This document shows positions 9,370 through 19,771 of a DNA stretch of 64,000 nucleotides, piece after piece. The notes under the pieces are model-generated. The model did no database searches, was not told the DNA's origin, and saw only the letters and a program-made list of their open reading frames with translations. The position numbers were made by a program, and so were the translations under genes. The DNA is from a virus (Duplodnaviria; Caudoviricetes), in the IMG/VR virus record IMGVR_UViG_3300013947_000034, positions 21,019 to 85,018 of that record, one strand, 5' to 3'. How positions within the stretch are numbered: the first letter of the stretch is position 1; each line of letters opens with the position of its first letter.

Positions 9370-12300
9370 TTAATTAATACCATACTTTCTACGTTCCTTA
9401 TCGGTAAGCATACTTAAATAGAAATTCTTAGTACGTTCATCAGTAGAAGCATTATACAAACCTGCAATCATTTGAGGAGAAAGATTATAGCCCATTTCGA
9501 GAAGTCTTGTAGGACTAGCTTCTTTACTAGAAGCAATCATAGCACGTCTACTTTGGTCATCTTCATAAGCAGTTCTACCAGCAGTCCAGAAATTAGTCCA
9601 AGCTTGAGACAAACCGCTAAGACCGACATTAAGAGCTTGAGCTTTAGATTGAACAGCATCGTTTTTAATCTTAGCAATTTCGCTTTGACGAGCAAGTTCA
9701 TTCTGAGCATTCTGAATAGCAACAGCTTGTTGATTCTTAGCGTCCTCAGTAAGCATCTTATTTTCTTCATTTTCCTTAGTAGCATAAAGTTTACTAAGTT
9801 GCTCAAGAGCTGTAAGATTAACATCATTTGCTCTATTAAGAGCGGCTACAGAACTAGAAGTATTATTATAAACTTGACTACTAAGTCTGTCTCTTTGACG
9901 TTTTATTTCTTCTACTTGAGGAGCAATATTATAATTAGTAGGAAGTTTACTAGCACTAATAATAGGTGCTCTATCAGGAAGATAATATTTACCAGCAGCA
10001 TTATAATTAATAAGACCAGTACTCAAAGCAGCAAGACTATCAATTCCTAGACCTACATAATCTCCACCAGTAAAAATAGTATGGGATTTACTACGAGGTA
10101 AACCACGATAAGGAACTTCAACATCTTCTGTAGGAGGAGTATAAGGGAGGTTAGGCACACTTACTTTATTAAAATTAGGAATCGTAGTAGCGTTTGTATT
10201 AATAGTAACAAAAGAGGGAGTTCTCCATTTTGCAGTAGCAACTACTGGATTAAGTTCTCCACCTATTTGGTCATATTCTTCTTTACCATATAAAGCTTTA
10301 TGTCTCATACCTTTTACAGGGCGGCTAGAAATTAAACTTCCACCAAGTTTATATTTAGCAACACCTCCATATCTAAAAGGGGCATCCATATAATCAAATA
10401 TATCTATTTTATTATGGATGTCAAAATTTCTAATTTTATCTTTTCCTTGCAATCGTCTACTTTTATCTAAAAGATAATTTCTACGAAGAGTTCTATTAAT
10501 TGTTCTATAATTTACATCTTTCATAAACTTAGTTTCTTTATTAAAATCGTATGCTTTACGAGGTTTCATAAATATTCTAGCTTCTCTAATAAAATCATCA
10601 AAACGATTATATTCTCTAGGTATGAAATAATTTTCATCACCTTTTTGAAAATCAACACCATCAGTATTCCAACGACCTGATTTATTGGTTTGGTTTAGAT
10701 ATTCTTCTAGATTTTGTAATGTAATCTTATCTTCTTTTGCAGAACTAGGCAAATAAGCACGTTCTGTTACATTAAGTATATCACCGTTGCTTCTACCATA
10801 ATTATCTTCTATTGCTATAGCTCCTTTCTTTCTAGCATCTTCGATAGATTCTTTATAATGTTTAGTACCAGCAAAAACATTATTATGTCCTCCTCTAACA
10901 ACTTTCATTCTTGCAGCTCTTAATTGGTCAGCAATAGGTTTACTTTTATCAATATCGAAATCATAGAACAATTTACCTATATAACCGTTGCTTATTCCGT
11001 CATTTGGATTTTTAAAAGCGTTAGCTATTCCTCTACTATTAGAAGTATATAAACCACCATTAGTATTCAATCTATCTCCTCCTCCACGATACGATTTAAT
11101 TGTAGTAAGATAATTTTTAGCAGTTTCTTTATCGTTAGCATATACTCCACGAAGACTTGTTTGTTGACGCTTTAAAAATTCGTCCACAGTACGCTGTTCA
11201 TTCCAAGGATATTTAACTTTAGGATAATTGACTTCTTCAAGAAACTTATAATATTCAGGATTATGATTCATTAAATCATAATAAGCATCTTGCTCAACTT
11301 TATTTGCAAAACCAGTAGAACCCCAACTATAACCATAATAAGTAGTTGGATTTCCAACAGGTTTTCCATTATGTGTAGGTTGAATCACTTGACCGTGATA
11401 TTTAGGAGCTTTCTTATTAAAACTATATTTAAAAAAATCTCGTTCCCTTCTATCAGGCGTAATGTAAGTATAAAATAAATCAGGATTTTTATTAACAGCT
11501 TTATTACGAACTTCAATAGGATATTCATACCAATTATTTTCAAAAGGTCTATTACCCAATGCGACATCTAAATTTTTGTCATAATTTTGTTGAATAGTTC
11601 TATAATCTCCTCTATCTAAAAGACCTGCTTTTTTATAAAGCTTATTAAGCTTATATCCATATTTTCCGTAATTCATAGGATTACGAAGAATGTTAGCAAT
11701 TTTATTTCCTACAATACCTAATCCTATATCACCAATAGCGTTAACTCCTAAACTCAAATAAGGATGTTCTTTAGCATATTCAGTATTAAGAAAACCACCA
11801 GTATCATTCATCATATAATGACGAAGAAAATCATTAGTGTTTTTACTATCACGAATAGAACCATATATGTTACTAGGTGTAAAATTAAGAATAGGAGCAG
11901 CAGCCGCTGTAGTAAAATTTACAGCACCCATTGGGTCATAATAAGAACTAGTATCTTTTTTACCTGCTTCTTTCCAATGATTAGCTTTACCAGTAATAAC
12001 TACATCTTCACCGTTTGTTGCAGAAGTAGTATAATTTTTACCATCTAAAGTATCAGTAAATGTACCATCATTATTAATGTGAATACGAGAATAAGGAATA
12101 GCAGTTCCTTGTCTAGCTTTACTTCCATCATCTTTAAGTCCATTTCTTTTCTTAAAATCTTGCTGTTCAGCAAACACTTTATCTTTATTGTAACCACGAA
12201 GAATAGCTTGAGCAGGAGACATTCCATTACCAAGAATAGGTTGAGCACTAAAAATTCTTAGAGCACCATTCTTTTTCTGAGCAACTTCACCACCTTCAGC

Positions 12301-12963
12301 TTCAACTTCATTACCACCAACATTAATACCTATACCAGTTTGACCAGTCTCGTTAATATCTTCATGAGAGCCGCCCTGTAAAAGGTATGTATTGTTGTCT
12401 ACCTTAGTAGCATCACCACCATCAGTAATATAAATACCTTTAGCACCAAGAGTTTTACCAAGTCTAGCAGCAGTTCTAAATTGTCTAAGATAATCTTCTT
12501 GATAATCAGAACTATTATTAAGCGCTTGTGTCATAGCGTTAGCTTCTTGAGTAGTGTCTTGCCAATCTTGCATGCTCTTTTGAAGACGCATTTGTTTCTT
12601 CTTTGCAGAATTACCAAAAATAGAACTAGCAATAGAAGTTGCAGCTCCAATAGCAGCACCAATCCAACATTTCTTACGACCACCAAGTTTCATCTTAGTA
12701 GGGTCATTAGGAATAGTTATTCTATTAAACCCACTAGGAGTACTAGGAAGTGGATTGGGGGCATCAAGATTTTTAATACCCTCAACATCAACTTTAGGTT
12801 GATTATTGTTAGTATTATTAACCTGATGCTTACTGACAGCACTATCTACAATAGAACCAGCAGCCGAAGCTACTGGTGCTATATAAGAAGTAAAGAAACT
12901 ACCGAAGTCAGCTTTAGGTCTACCACCACAACGAAGACTTCTTCTTTTAGTTTTTACAGTCAT
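9370..12963 (-). CDS. 1197-aa cargo-protein-1-like virion protein with a large central insert
   Basis: Directly downstream of the muzzle gene. Repeated basic-x-x-GG motifs, hydrophobic Gly/Ala segments (WIGAAIGAATSIASSIFG) and a coiled-coil C-terminus. Central ~590 aa looks accessory. Confidence 0.6.
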   Translation of the reverse strand: MTVKTKRRSLRCGGRPKADFGSFFTSYIAPVASAAGSIVDSAVSKHQVNNTNNNQPKVDVEGIKNLDAPNPLPSTPSGFNRITIPNDPTKMKLGGRKKCWIGAAIGAATSIASSIFGNSAKKKQMRLQKSMQDWQDTTQEANAMTQALNNSSDYQEDYLRQFRTAARLGKTLGAKGIYITDGGDATKVDNNTYLLQGGSHEDINETGQTGIGINVGGNEVEAEGGEVAQKKNGALRIFSAQPILGNGMSPAQAILRGYNKDKVFAEQQDFKKRNGLKDDGSKARQGTAIPYSRIHINNDGTFTDTLDGKNYTTSATNGEDVVITGKANHWKEAGKKDTSSYYDPMGAVNFTTAAAAPILNFTPSNIYGSIRDSKNTNDFLRHYMMNDTGGFLNTEYAKEHPYLSLGVNAIGDIGLGIVGNKIANILRNPMNYGKYGYKLNKLYKKAGLLDRGDYRTIQQNYDKNLDVALGNRPFENNWYEYPIEVRNKAVNKNPDLFYTYITPDRRERDFFKYSFNKKAPKYHGQVIQPTHNGKPVGNPTTYYGYSWGSTGFANKVEQDAYYDLMNHNPEYYKFLEEVNYPKVKYPWNEQRTVDEFLKRQQTSLRGVYANDKETAKNYLTTIKSYRGGGDRLNTNGGLYTSNSRGIANAFKNPNDGISNGYIGKLFYDFDIDKSKPIADQLRAARMKVVRGGHNNVFAGTKHYKESIEDARKKGAIAIEDNYGRSNGDILNVTERAYLPSSAKEDKITLQNLEEYLNQTNKSGRWNTDGVDFQKGDENYFIPREYNRFDDFIREARIFMKPRKAYDFNKETKFMKDVNYRTINRTLRRNYLLDKSRRLQGKDKIRNFDIHNKIDIFDYMDAPFRYGGVAKYKLGGSLISSRPVKGMRHKALYGKEEYDQIGGELNPVVATAKWRTPSFVTINTNATTIPNFNKVSVPNLPYTPPTEDVEVPYRGLPRSKSHTIFTGGDYVGLGIDSLAALSTGLINYNAAGKYYLPDRAPIISASKLPTNYNIAPQVEEIKRQRDRLSSQVYNNTSSSVAALNRANDVNLTALEQLSKLYATKENEENKMLTEDAKNQQAVAIQNAQNELARQSEIAKIKNDAVQSKAQALNVGLSGLSQAWTNFWTAGRTAYEDDQSRRAMIASSKEASPTRLLEMGYNLSPQMIAGLYNASTDERTKNFYLSMLTDKERRKYGIN
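10307..10326 (+). repeat. 20-bp motif copy 4 (perfect, in CDS, SRPVKGM)
   Basis: ATACCTTTTACAGGGCGGCT. Confidence 0.9.
12369..12388 (-). repeat. 20-bp motif copy 5 (perfect, in CDS, YLLQGGS)
   Basis: AGCCGCCCTGTAAAAGGTAT on + strand. Confidence 0.9.
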
Positions 12964-12966
12964 AAT

Positions 12967-15900
12967 TTAATACTTTGAATAATTAATATTTATATCTTCA
13001 AATCTAAAAGGAATATTATCAACATTATTAAATAAGAAACGAGTAACGAAATAACGACCATAAACAAGATTACGTTGGTCACTTGCATCACTCAACATCA
13101 TATCAACTTTAACTTTCTCTTTAGCATTAAGGTCTTTATAATGCTTTCCATAACGTTGAGCTATTTCTTCTCCTTGAAGTTCTTTACTAATATAATTACG
13201 AATATAATTAAAATTCCAAATTCCTTTATCAAAGTAAGGATGTTTATAATCTGCAACACCTTCTTTATTAACTTTGTCATTATTAATTATATTATTGATT
13301 GCAATATCTAAATCTCCAGTATCATTAGAATCAGTATATATACGAAGAATGTCACCACTATAATGTGTAATATCACCATACGTTCCATTCCCCATAACTG
13401 GCTCAGCCATTCTAGTAATTTTATCACTGGCATAAGCATATACTTTATTAAGGATATAACTGATAGAATTAAGACATTTAGGAACACTATAATATTCATT
13501 GAATAAAACATCAAATATAGCAGGCATTATAGTCTTAGTTACTTCACTATTATCTTCCTGCTTAATAGTAACATTTGTAGCATAAGTAGGAAAACCATAA
13601 GTAGTATGCCAAAGAGTAAGATAATCTCCAAGTCTAGCGTCTTTGTGAAAACAATATAGATAACTAGATTTACCATCTTCTGTAGCATAATAAAAATATG
13701 GTTTATTCTTAGTATTAGCAGATTTACTAAACTTGTAATCATGAAGACTAACATAATGTTTAGTAGTCATATCAAAACTAAGAGTAATATAATCTTTAGC
13801 AACATCTTTATTATGGTATTTAATGCAAACTATAACTCTGTTATTAACAAAGTCAGTAGTCATATGAGCATCATCAATAATAACGTTGTTAAGCCAACCT
13901 AATATATCATTACTTAAATCATTGAGTTTATTGTTATCAAAATTATATATTCTAGCATTATCTGCATCAACAAACCAATAACCGTTTGCGTTAACCGTCC
14001 AAGCTTCAGGATTTTGAAGTCCACCATAACCATGATTACTAGTAAACAACTCTATCGGTTCTACCTCAAACAAATCGGGCATTTTTAATTGCGCTGTAAC
14101 GTCCGATGTCTTGAGGAGGTTATCTCTATTAAGGTAAAACAAAGAATGCTCCGTGTGGACAAAAAAAGCGTTGCCTACGCCAACGATATTGGATATGTTG
14201 CCCTTCGCCTTAGACAGTACTTTATAGTTGTTCGACTGAAAATGTCGCCAAGCATTAGCAAGACTTTCATCACCTATAACATCGCTACGACGAATAGTTG
14301 TACGCTTATAACTATCATAGTTTAAATTATCCTTATAATTAGTATAAACTTTATAGGTACTTTCTATATAAGTATCCTTGAGTTCAATAAGGTCTGTAGC
14401 ATTGAGTGGTTGAACAATAAAATTCACACTACGTTGATGACTACCTTCTCCGCTTTCATTATCACCAAGAACACCAACTAAATAACTAGGTTCTTTCTTA
14501 ATAGAAACAGCATTAGTATTAATCCTACTAAACTTAGAATAATTAAGCAATCTAGCATATTCAGCAGTTTGTGAAGTCCATTCCTTAGCAATAGAATTTT
14601 CATCATTGATTTCATATACTTTACCAGTATCTGATATATAAACTTTTCTATCATAAATTAAAGCTTTATCGTTAACATAGAAGGCAGGATAATTAAAATC
14701 ATAACCATGAACGTAATTGTTAGGGAAATTACTAGCATCGTCACTATCAGCATAACTGTAAGTTTCAACATCATCATGTTTGTAACAAATAGGACCAAAA
14801 GAAACAAGTTGTTTATCTTTCTTACAATATATGTTACGATTGAAAACTATAACATTGCCGACTTCACCAATAGTAGGAATTACTTTACCTTTGCTATCTT
14901 TAAGACTAAGAACTATGCCACCATCAGAACCAGCAGTATTAATAGCATTCGTTGCCTTATCTGAGTTGATGCTATTAGAAGTAACAATACCAGCATCATT
15001 AATATAAGCTGGATTAGTTGATGGAAGCTCATAACCACTACTTGTAATTTTGTATTCAGGAACATATATAGAACCGTTATAATTAACATTACCAGTCTCA
15101 ACTTCGCTAGCTTTAAATAAACCTACATTATTATTAGTCTTAGCACAATAAGCTTGATAATTATTAGTTACTTCAGGTTTCTCATAACTGAAGAAGAAAC
15201 CAACATAACCATCAGGTATTTGAATGTTAGTAAAACCAATTTTAATAGCATACAAAGCACTATCAGATTTATTAAAAGCATGAGCAGCACCAGTCTTAAA
15301 TAACTTATCGTTATTATAGTTCTTATAATAACCAAATTGAGTTGATTTAGCATCATTACTTGAACTAGGAGAAATAGCACTACTTACAACTTCATAAACA
15401 AATTTATCTTTAAGAGTATCAATACTAAGTATATTAGTAAAATCTCTATCATTGCCTGAAGTAGCTCCACTAAGACGTTCAGCAAGAGCAGTAACGTTTG
15501 ATATTTGAGTGTCAACAGTATTAGCACCAGTCATAGTAACTGAGTTCATAATACTTGTTGGAAGAATATCGTTTGTGAGTTGATAACCGTTAGTGTAAGT
15601 ACCATCTCTACGAACATAATGAATAAAGAAGTTATATACACTATTAGGCATTAAAGTCCTAACTGCATCTTCAATATTAACTGTAGCTGAATAAGTTCTA
15701 GTATTACTAGCTTTAGTCATTTGAAAACGATTAGGTCTAAAGTATGCAGCAGGCATCCAATCTCCATATATTATTTTACCGACATTATCACCACTAAGTT
15801 TGTAAGCTCTATTTTTATTACTGCCTCCATTACCAGTACCTAAAGCCGCATAAAATCTATGAGATTTACCATTAACTGGAATACTAATAATATCAAATGT

Positions 15901-17328
15901 TGTACCATCAGTATTAAACGCTACCGCAAGACCAGATAATTTTCCTTCAGCTCTCCAACCAATAGAAACATTATCAAACTGGCTAGCATCATCTTTGTCA
16001 GTGCAAACCCAAGTAAAGTAACGTTTAAGCTCACCATAGTCTCTAATGTTAATTACAGCGTGATATGTAACTTTAGTACCATCAACTGTAACAATTGTAT
16101 TACTAGTCGGTTTCTTAATTTCAATTATAGCAGCAAATATAGCATTTGTTGTCCAACTAAATGTATACGCTTCATAAGTTTCTGTTGTATTAGTAGTTGT
16201 AGTTTGACTAGCACAAGCAGAATAAATCATTCTAGCTTTAACTTTATCGGCATAACTTTGAAGGTCAACATTATAATCGCTTTCATCATAGTTTGCAATA
16301 TAAAGGCGATTCTCATAATTACAAAGAGTTCTAACATTAAACAGATTAAAACTATTAGCAACTAAATCATCAATATTTGCTTCTTCAAAATTACTAGCAT
16401 CAAAAATAAACTCTCTAACATCGAAACTAAACTTACGCCAAATACGTGGTAAAGCAGCATCTTCATGCTTTAGAATATAACCTATTTGATAAGCTTTATA
16501 ACTATAGTTATCATCAAAGTTTATAGCAAACTTAAAATTATAGTTACAATCCTTATTATCATTATTATAAATACCATTACAACGAGTAAGAGCTAAATTA
16601 GTAGAGTCTTTAACGTCATAAACATGATTTATAATAGTTTTATTCTCAAGGTTTACAGCAAAGTATGAAGCGCCTATAGGAAACCAATTAGTATAATAAT
16701 CAGTATCAATTTCATAACGAATAAAGAATTGATAAATACCATTAGGCATACTAACACCAGGAACTTTATCTAGAAGACTAAGATTAGCAACTGGAGTATC
16801 AGCACATACATTATAAATCTCAGGATTGTCTGTACTAGAGCAACGAGTGAGATTAATAGTCTTCAAAGGAACATCTACTTTCTGAGTAACATTACGAGTT
16901 TCTTCATTATCTTTATCGGTAATTGCAATTTCTCTAGTTACATTATATTCACCAATAGCAATAATAAGCTCGTTATTTACATTATAGGTATAAGCTCCAA
17001 CAATGTCACCACCACTATAATTCCAAGCACTTTGAACTTCGGTCATATCAAGAAGACCAGTATCTACATTTTCAGTGCAACGATAAATGTGAGAACTAGC
17101 TTCACCAGTATCAGCAAGAAGATAAGAAAGAACAACAAGTTCTTTAGTACATGGTATAATACCAACAATCTTGCCTTCGATGTTTCCATCAAAAGCAAGA
17201 CTCATACCTTCTTCATTTGTTACATGAGAAGCATCAGGACTAATCTTAATGTTCTTTGCAAAGACAAAACTACCATTCTTTAGAGCATTAGGATTCTTAT
17301 TTAAATTAAGTTCTTTGACTATACTCAT
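12967..17328 (-). CDS. Tail stabilisation/muzzle protein (1453 aa)
   Basis: Beta-rich; N-terminus LNLNKNPNALKNG...AKNIKIS...NEEG typical of podoviral nozzle-like proteins; follows ring-protein genes. Confidence 0.7.
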   Translation of the reverse strand: MSIVKELNLNKNPNALKNGSFVFAKNIKISPDASHVTNEEGMSLAFDGNIEGKIVGIIPCTKELVVLSYLLADTGEASSHIYRCTENVDTGLLDMTEVQSAWNYSGGDIVGAYTYNVNNELIIAIGEYNVTREIAITDKDNEETRNVTQKVDVPLKTINLTRCSSTDNPEIYNVCADTPVANLSLLDKVPGVSMPNGIYQFFIRYEIDTDYYTNWFPIGASYFAVNLENKTIINHVYDVKDSTNLALTRCNGIYNNDNKDCNYNFKFAINFDDNYSYKAYQIGYILKHEDAALPRIWRKFSFDVREFIFDASNFEEANIDDLVANSFNLFNVRTLCNYENRLYIANYDESDYNVDLQSYADKVKARMIYSACASQTTTTNTTETYEAYTFSWTTNAIFAAIIEIKKPTSNTIVTVDGTKVTYHAVINIRDYGELKRYFTWVCTDKDDASQFDNVSIGWRAEGKLSGLAVAFNTDGTTFDIISIPVNGKSHRFYAALGTGNGGSNKNRAYKLSGDNVGKIIYGDWMPAAYFRPNRFQMTKASNTRTYSATVNIEDAVRTLMPNSVYNFFIHYVRRDGTYTNGYQLTNDILPTSIMNSVTMTGANTVDTQISNVTALAERLSGATSGNDRDFTNILSIDTLKDKFVYEVVSSAISPSSSNDAKSTQFGYYKNYNNDKLFKTGAAHAFNKSDSALYAIKIGFTNIQIPDGYVGFFFSYEKPEVTNNYQAYCAKTNNNVGLFKASEVETGNVNYNGSIYVPEYKITSSGYELPSTNPAYINDAGIVTSNSINSDKATNAINTAGSDGGIVLSLKDSKGKVIPTIGEVGNVIVFNRNIYCKKDKQLVSFGPICYKHDDVETYSYADSDDASNFPNNYVHGYDFNYPAFYVNDKALIYDRKVYISDTGKVYEINDENSIAKEWTSQTAEYARLLNYSKFSRINTNAVSIKKEPSYLVGVLGDNESGEGSHQRSVNFIVQPLNATDLIELKDTYIESTYKVYTNYKDNLNYDSYKRTTIRRSDVIGDESLANAWRHFQSNNYKVLSKAKGNISNIVGVGNAFFVHTEHSLFYLNRDNLLKTSDVTAQLKMPDLFEVEPIELFTSNHGYGGLQNPEAWTVNANGYWFVDADNARIYNFDNNKLNDLSNDILGWLNNVIIDDAHMTTDFVNNRVIVCIKYHNKDVAKDYITLSFDMTTKHYVSLHDYKFSKSANTKNKPYFYYATEDGKSSYLYCFHKDARLGDYLTLWHTTYGFPTYATNVTIKQEDNSEVTKTIMPAIFDVLFNEYYSVPKCLNSISYILNKVYAYASDKITRMAEPVMGNGTYGDITHYSGDILRIYTDSNDTGDLDIAINNIINNDKVNKEGVADYKHPYFDKGIWNFNYIRNYISKELQGEEIAQRYGKHYKDLNAKEKVKVDMMLSDASDQRNLVYGRYFVTRFLFNNVDNIPFRFEDININYSKY

Positions 17329-17333
17329 AATTG

Positions 17334-18092
17334 TTATCTTCTTGGGTCAAAGGTTGAATTATAGAAGAAGTTTCTCCAACCTTCATCATTATACATATCA
17401 TTACGAACAGAAGCAATAGCTTTAGTTTTTAAAGCTTGCCATTGAAGATAAGGATTAGTAACAGGACTATTACTTTTCAAATCATAAACTTGATGATGAC
17501 TTCCACGACTAAGATATTTATAAAGAATATAATAAACTATAGCCTCAAGTAAAAGACCGTTATCATAAACATAAGGAACTTCACAATCATAATACTCATC
17601 ATAATATGTCATAGGTTCATAACTTTCTACAGTAATATTATCGGTATCAAAGTTAAGTTCAATATGTCCATTATCGGTTATTACAAAGTTACGATTAGTA
17701 TCTCTATTAATAACTTTACCAACTCTCATAAAATTAACTCCAGTTGTATTAGTATCATCAATAATAGCAATTTCAGAATCTAATTCATTATTATTGTTTG
17801 AATTAAGTTCTGAACTACAACAACTAGATGTATCTTCAAGTTGCTTTATTTCGCAACCGTTATTGTCATAAACTTTAATTTCTGTAGCATTAAGCTTACA
17901 AGGAAATATAGCTATACGACTATGAACTTCTAGTTTACGTTTCTTCTTTGCCATTGGAAGACACTTCATTTGACTAAGAGCATCAATAATCCAAGCAGCA
18001 GCACGAGGAATCCAATCGCTCTCGCTTAGGTTAAAGTCATTATCAACTTTGCCTACTATACGCTGCATAGTAACTTTTTGTTTGACCTTCAT
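17334..18092 (-). CDS. Tail tubular/ring protein
   Basis: 252 aa, WIIDAL and YILYKYL helices, immediately upstream of muzzle gene as in crAss-like tail modules. Confidence 0.6.
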   Translation of the reverse strand: MKVKQKVTMQRIVGKVDNDFNLSESDWIPRAAAWIIDALSQMKCLPMAKKKRKLEVHSRIAIFPCKLNATEIKVYDNNGCEIKQLEDTSSCCSSELNSNNNNELDSEIAIIDDTNTTGVNFMRVGKVINRDTNRNFVITDNGHIELNFDTDNITVESYEPMTYYDEYYDCEVPYVYDNGLLLEAIVYYILYKYLSRGSHHQVYDLKSNSPVTNPYLQWQALKTKAIASVRNDMYNDEGWRNFFYNSTFDPRR

Positions 18093-18981
18093 TTCTTATG
18101 TATTTAGTATATAATGTTTTATCTGCATCAAGACAAAGAGTAAGTTTAACTTTAAGACCCATTGAAATATTCATTATTTCATCAGTATTGCCATGACACC
18201 TTTCAACTATCTCTGCATTAGTAAGTTTTCTAACACTAGTGTCACGATAATCAATAGCTTCAACTTTTAAACTCTTACCATTAGGTACGTGCGATTGACA
18301 TAAACAAAACTCATACCAAGCATCAGGTTGTCTATAAACTCTAGGGTCAACAGCATCATAAGGAATGCCATTCTTCTCACAGAACTCAGCTTCATCTTTA
18401 TTCCATATTTGTTTACCTTCAGCAATAAGTTGTTCACGTCTTCTACGAGTACCTTGGAAATCACATATTTTACTACCAGTATTAAGAACACGATTAAAAC
18501 ATAACCAACCTAACTTACCTTCAAAACGATAACCATAACCATCAAGAATAAGAAAACGTTGAACTTTCTCATAATAAGTCTTGATTATAGCTTTATATTG
18601 AGCAGGACTTAAAGCAAGTATCTTCTTACATAGCTCAATCTCTTTCTCTAACTCTACTATCTTTCGTAAATCGACAGCATAACCGACTAGTTGAAAACAA
18701 AGATGTTTAAGCTCCATATCGTTACGAGTATCAGCATACAAACCTTTAGCAGCAGATTCAAGTCTACCATTAATATATTTATTTTGTTGAAACTCTGGAT
18801 AATCAATAATAGGATACTTAAACTTATCAACATTAGGAACAATAGCAGAACGTTTATCTTTAATAGAACCAATAAGAATATCATAACTAATTCTAGCTCT
18901 TTCAAGTCTTACACTAAAAGCATCGTTAGCATCTTGCTGATATTCTTTAAGTCCTTTAGCTTTAAATCTAATTGCAGTCAT
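18043..18981 (-). CDS. HU/IHF-like domain protein of crAss tail module
   Basis: Segment QYKAIIKTYYEKVQRFLILDGYGYRFEGKLGWL resembles the HU/IHF helix-strand pattern; lies between ring-protein genes. Confidence 0.45.
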   Translation of the reverse strand: MTAIRFKAKGLKEYQQDANDAFSVRLERARISYDILIGSIKDKRSAIVPNVDKFKYPIIDYPEFQQNKYINGRLESAAKGLYADTRNDMELKHLCFQLVGYAVDLRKIVELEKEIELCKKILALSPAQYKAIIKTYYEKVQRFLILDGYGYRFEGKLGWLCFNRVLNTGSKICDFQGTRRRREQLIAEGKQIWNKDEAEFCEKNGIPYDAVDPRVYRQPDAWYEFCLCQSHVPNGKSLKVEAIDYRDTSVRKLTNAEIVERCHGNTDEIMNISMGLKVKLTLCLDADKTLYTKYIRNEGQTKSYYAAYSRQS

Positions 18982-18984
18982 AGC

Positions 18985-19671
18985 TTAATATTTAATTGTA
19001 TTAGGTACTTCATCAGTTTCATGATGATTATTAATTAATTCTCGCTTAGTAATGATTTCTTTAATTTGACCAATCATATCTTCACTAAGCAACCATTCAT
19101 TACTATCATAAAGCTTATCTTCATCAGTAAGTTCTCCATTAATTTCAGCTATTTGATTAGGATGCTCAAAAGCACTTTCGATAATAATAGCGTCAACTGG
19201 AACAACTTTATTAGCAGCACTAGGAAAAAGATAAATATATCCATTAATGTAGTCATAACTAATAGCACCACATAAACCAGGAACACTATCTTTAAATCTA
19301 GCAGTAGTTTCTTTAATATAAGGAAACTCTCTATTAGTTTTATAACCAACTGAACTAACTCTATCAAAAGGAAGATTATTAGTAAGTCTAACTGGTCTTG
19401 GAACCTTTTGTAAAGTTCTCTTTATCTTATCAAGAGGAAGACCTTCATAATCTTCAGGAAGTTCTATATCACCATCATTAACTGTAGTAAGACTAACTCT
19501 AAAACGTTGAGTAAGTATTTTATCAACATAAAGATGATTCTCATAACTTCTACGAATAATCTCATTACGAGTATGAATAATAAGATTACGAATACGATTA
19601 CGAAGACTATGATTATTAGGTTGACCCATACTATGAGCAATCTCACTAACAAGCATATTTATACTAGCCAT
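18985..19671 (-). CDS. Tail ring protein
   Basis: 228 aa, YINGYIYLF motif and C-terminal EDMIGQIKEII; synteny with crAss tail ring genes. Confidence 0.55.
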   Translation of the reverse strand: MASINMLVSEIAHSMGQPNNHSLRNRIRNLIIHTRNEIIRRSYENHLYVDKILTQRFRVSLTTVNDGDIELPEDYEGLPLDKIKRTLQKVPRPVRLTNNLPFDRVSSVGYKTNREFPYIKETTARFKDSVPGLCGAISYDYINGYIYLFPSAANKVVPVDAIIIESAFEHPNQIAEINGELTDEDKLYDSNEWLLSEDMIGQIKEIITKRELINNHHETDEVPNTIKY

Positions 19672-19698
19672 ATCATTATTAATTTAATTATTAATGAA

Positions 19699-19755
19699 AG
19701 CCGCCCGGTAAAAGGTATAACAATGTACACATACAATACCTTTTACAGGGCGGCT
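19699..19755. repeat. Inverted doublet of 20-bp motif (copies 6 and 7), 17-nt spacer
   Basis: AGCCGCCCGGTAAAAGGTAT-aacaatgtacacataca-ATACCTTTTACAGGGCGGCT. Confidence 0.9.
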
Positions 19756-19771
19756 AGATTCACTATTCTTA

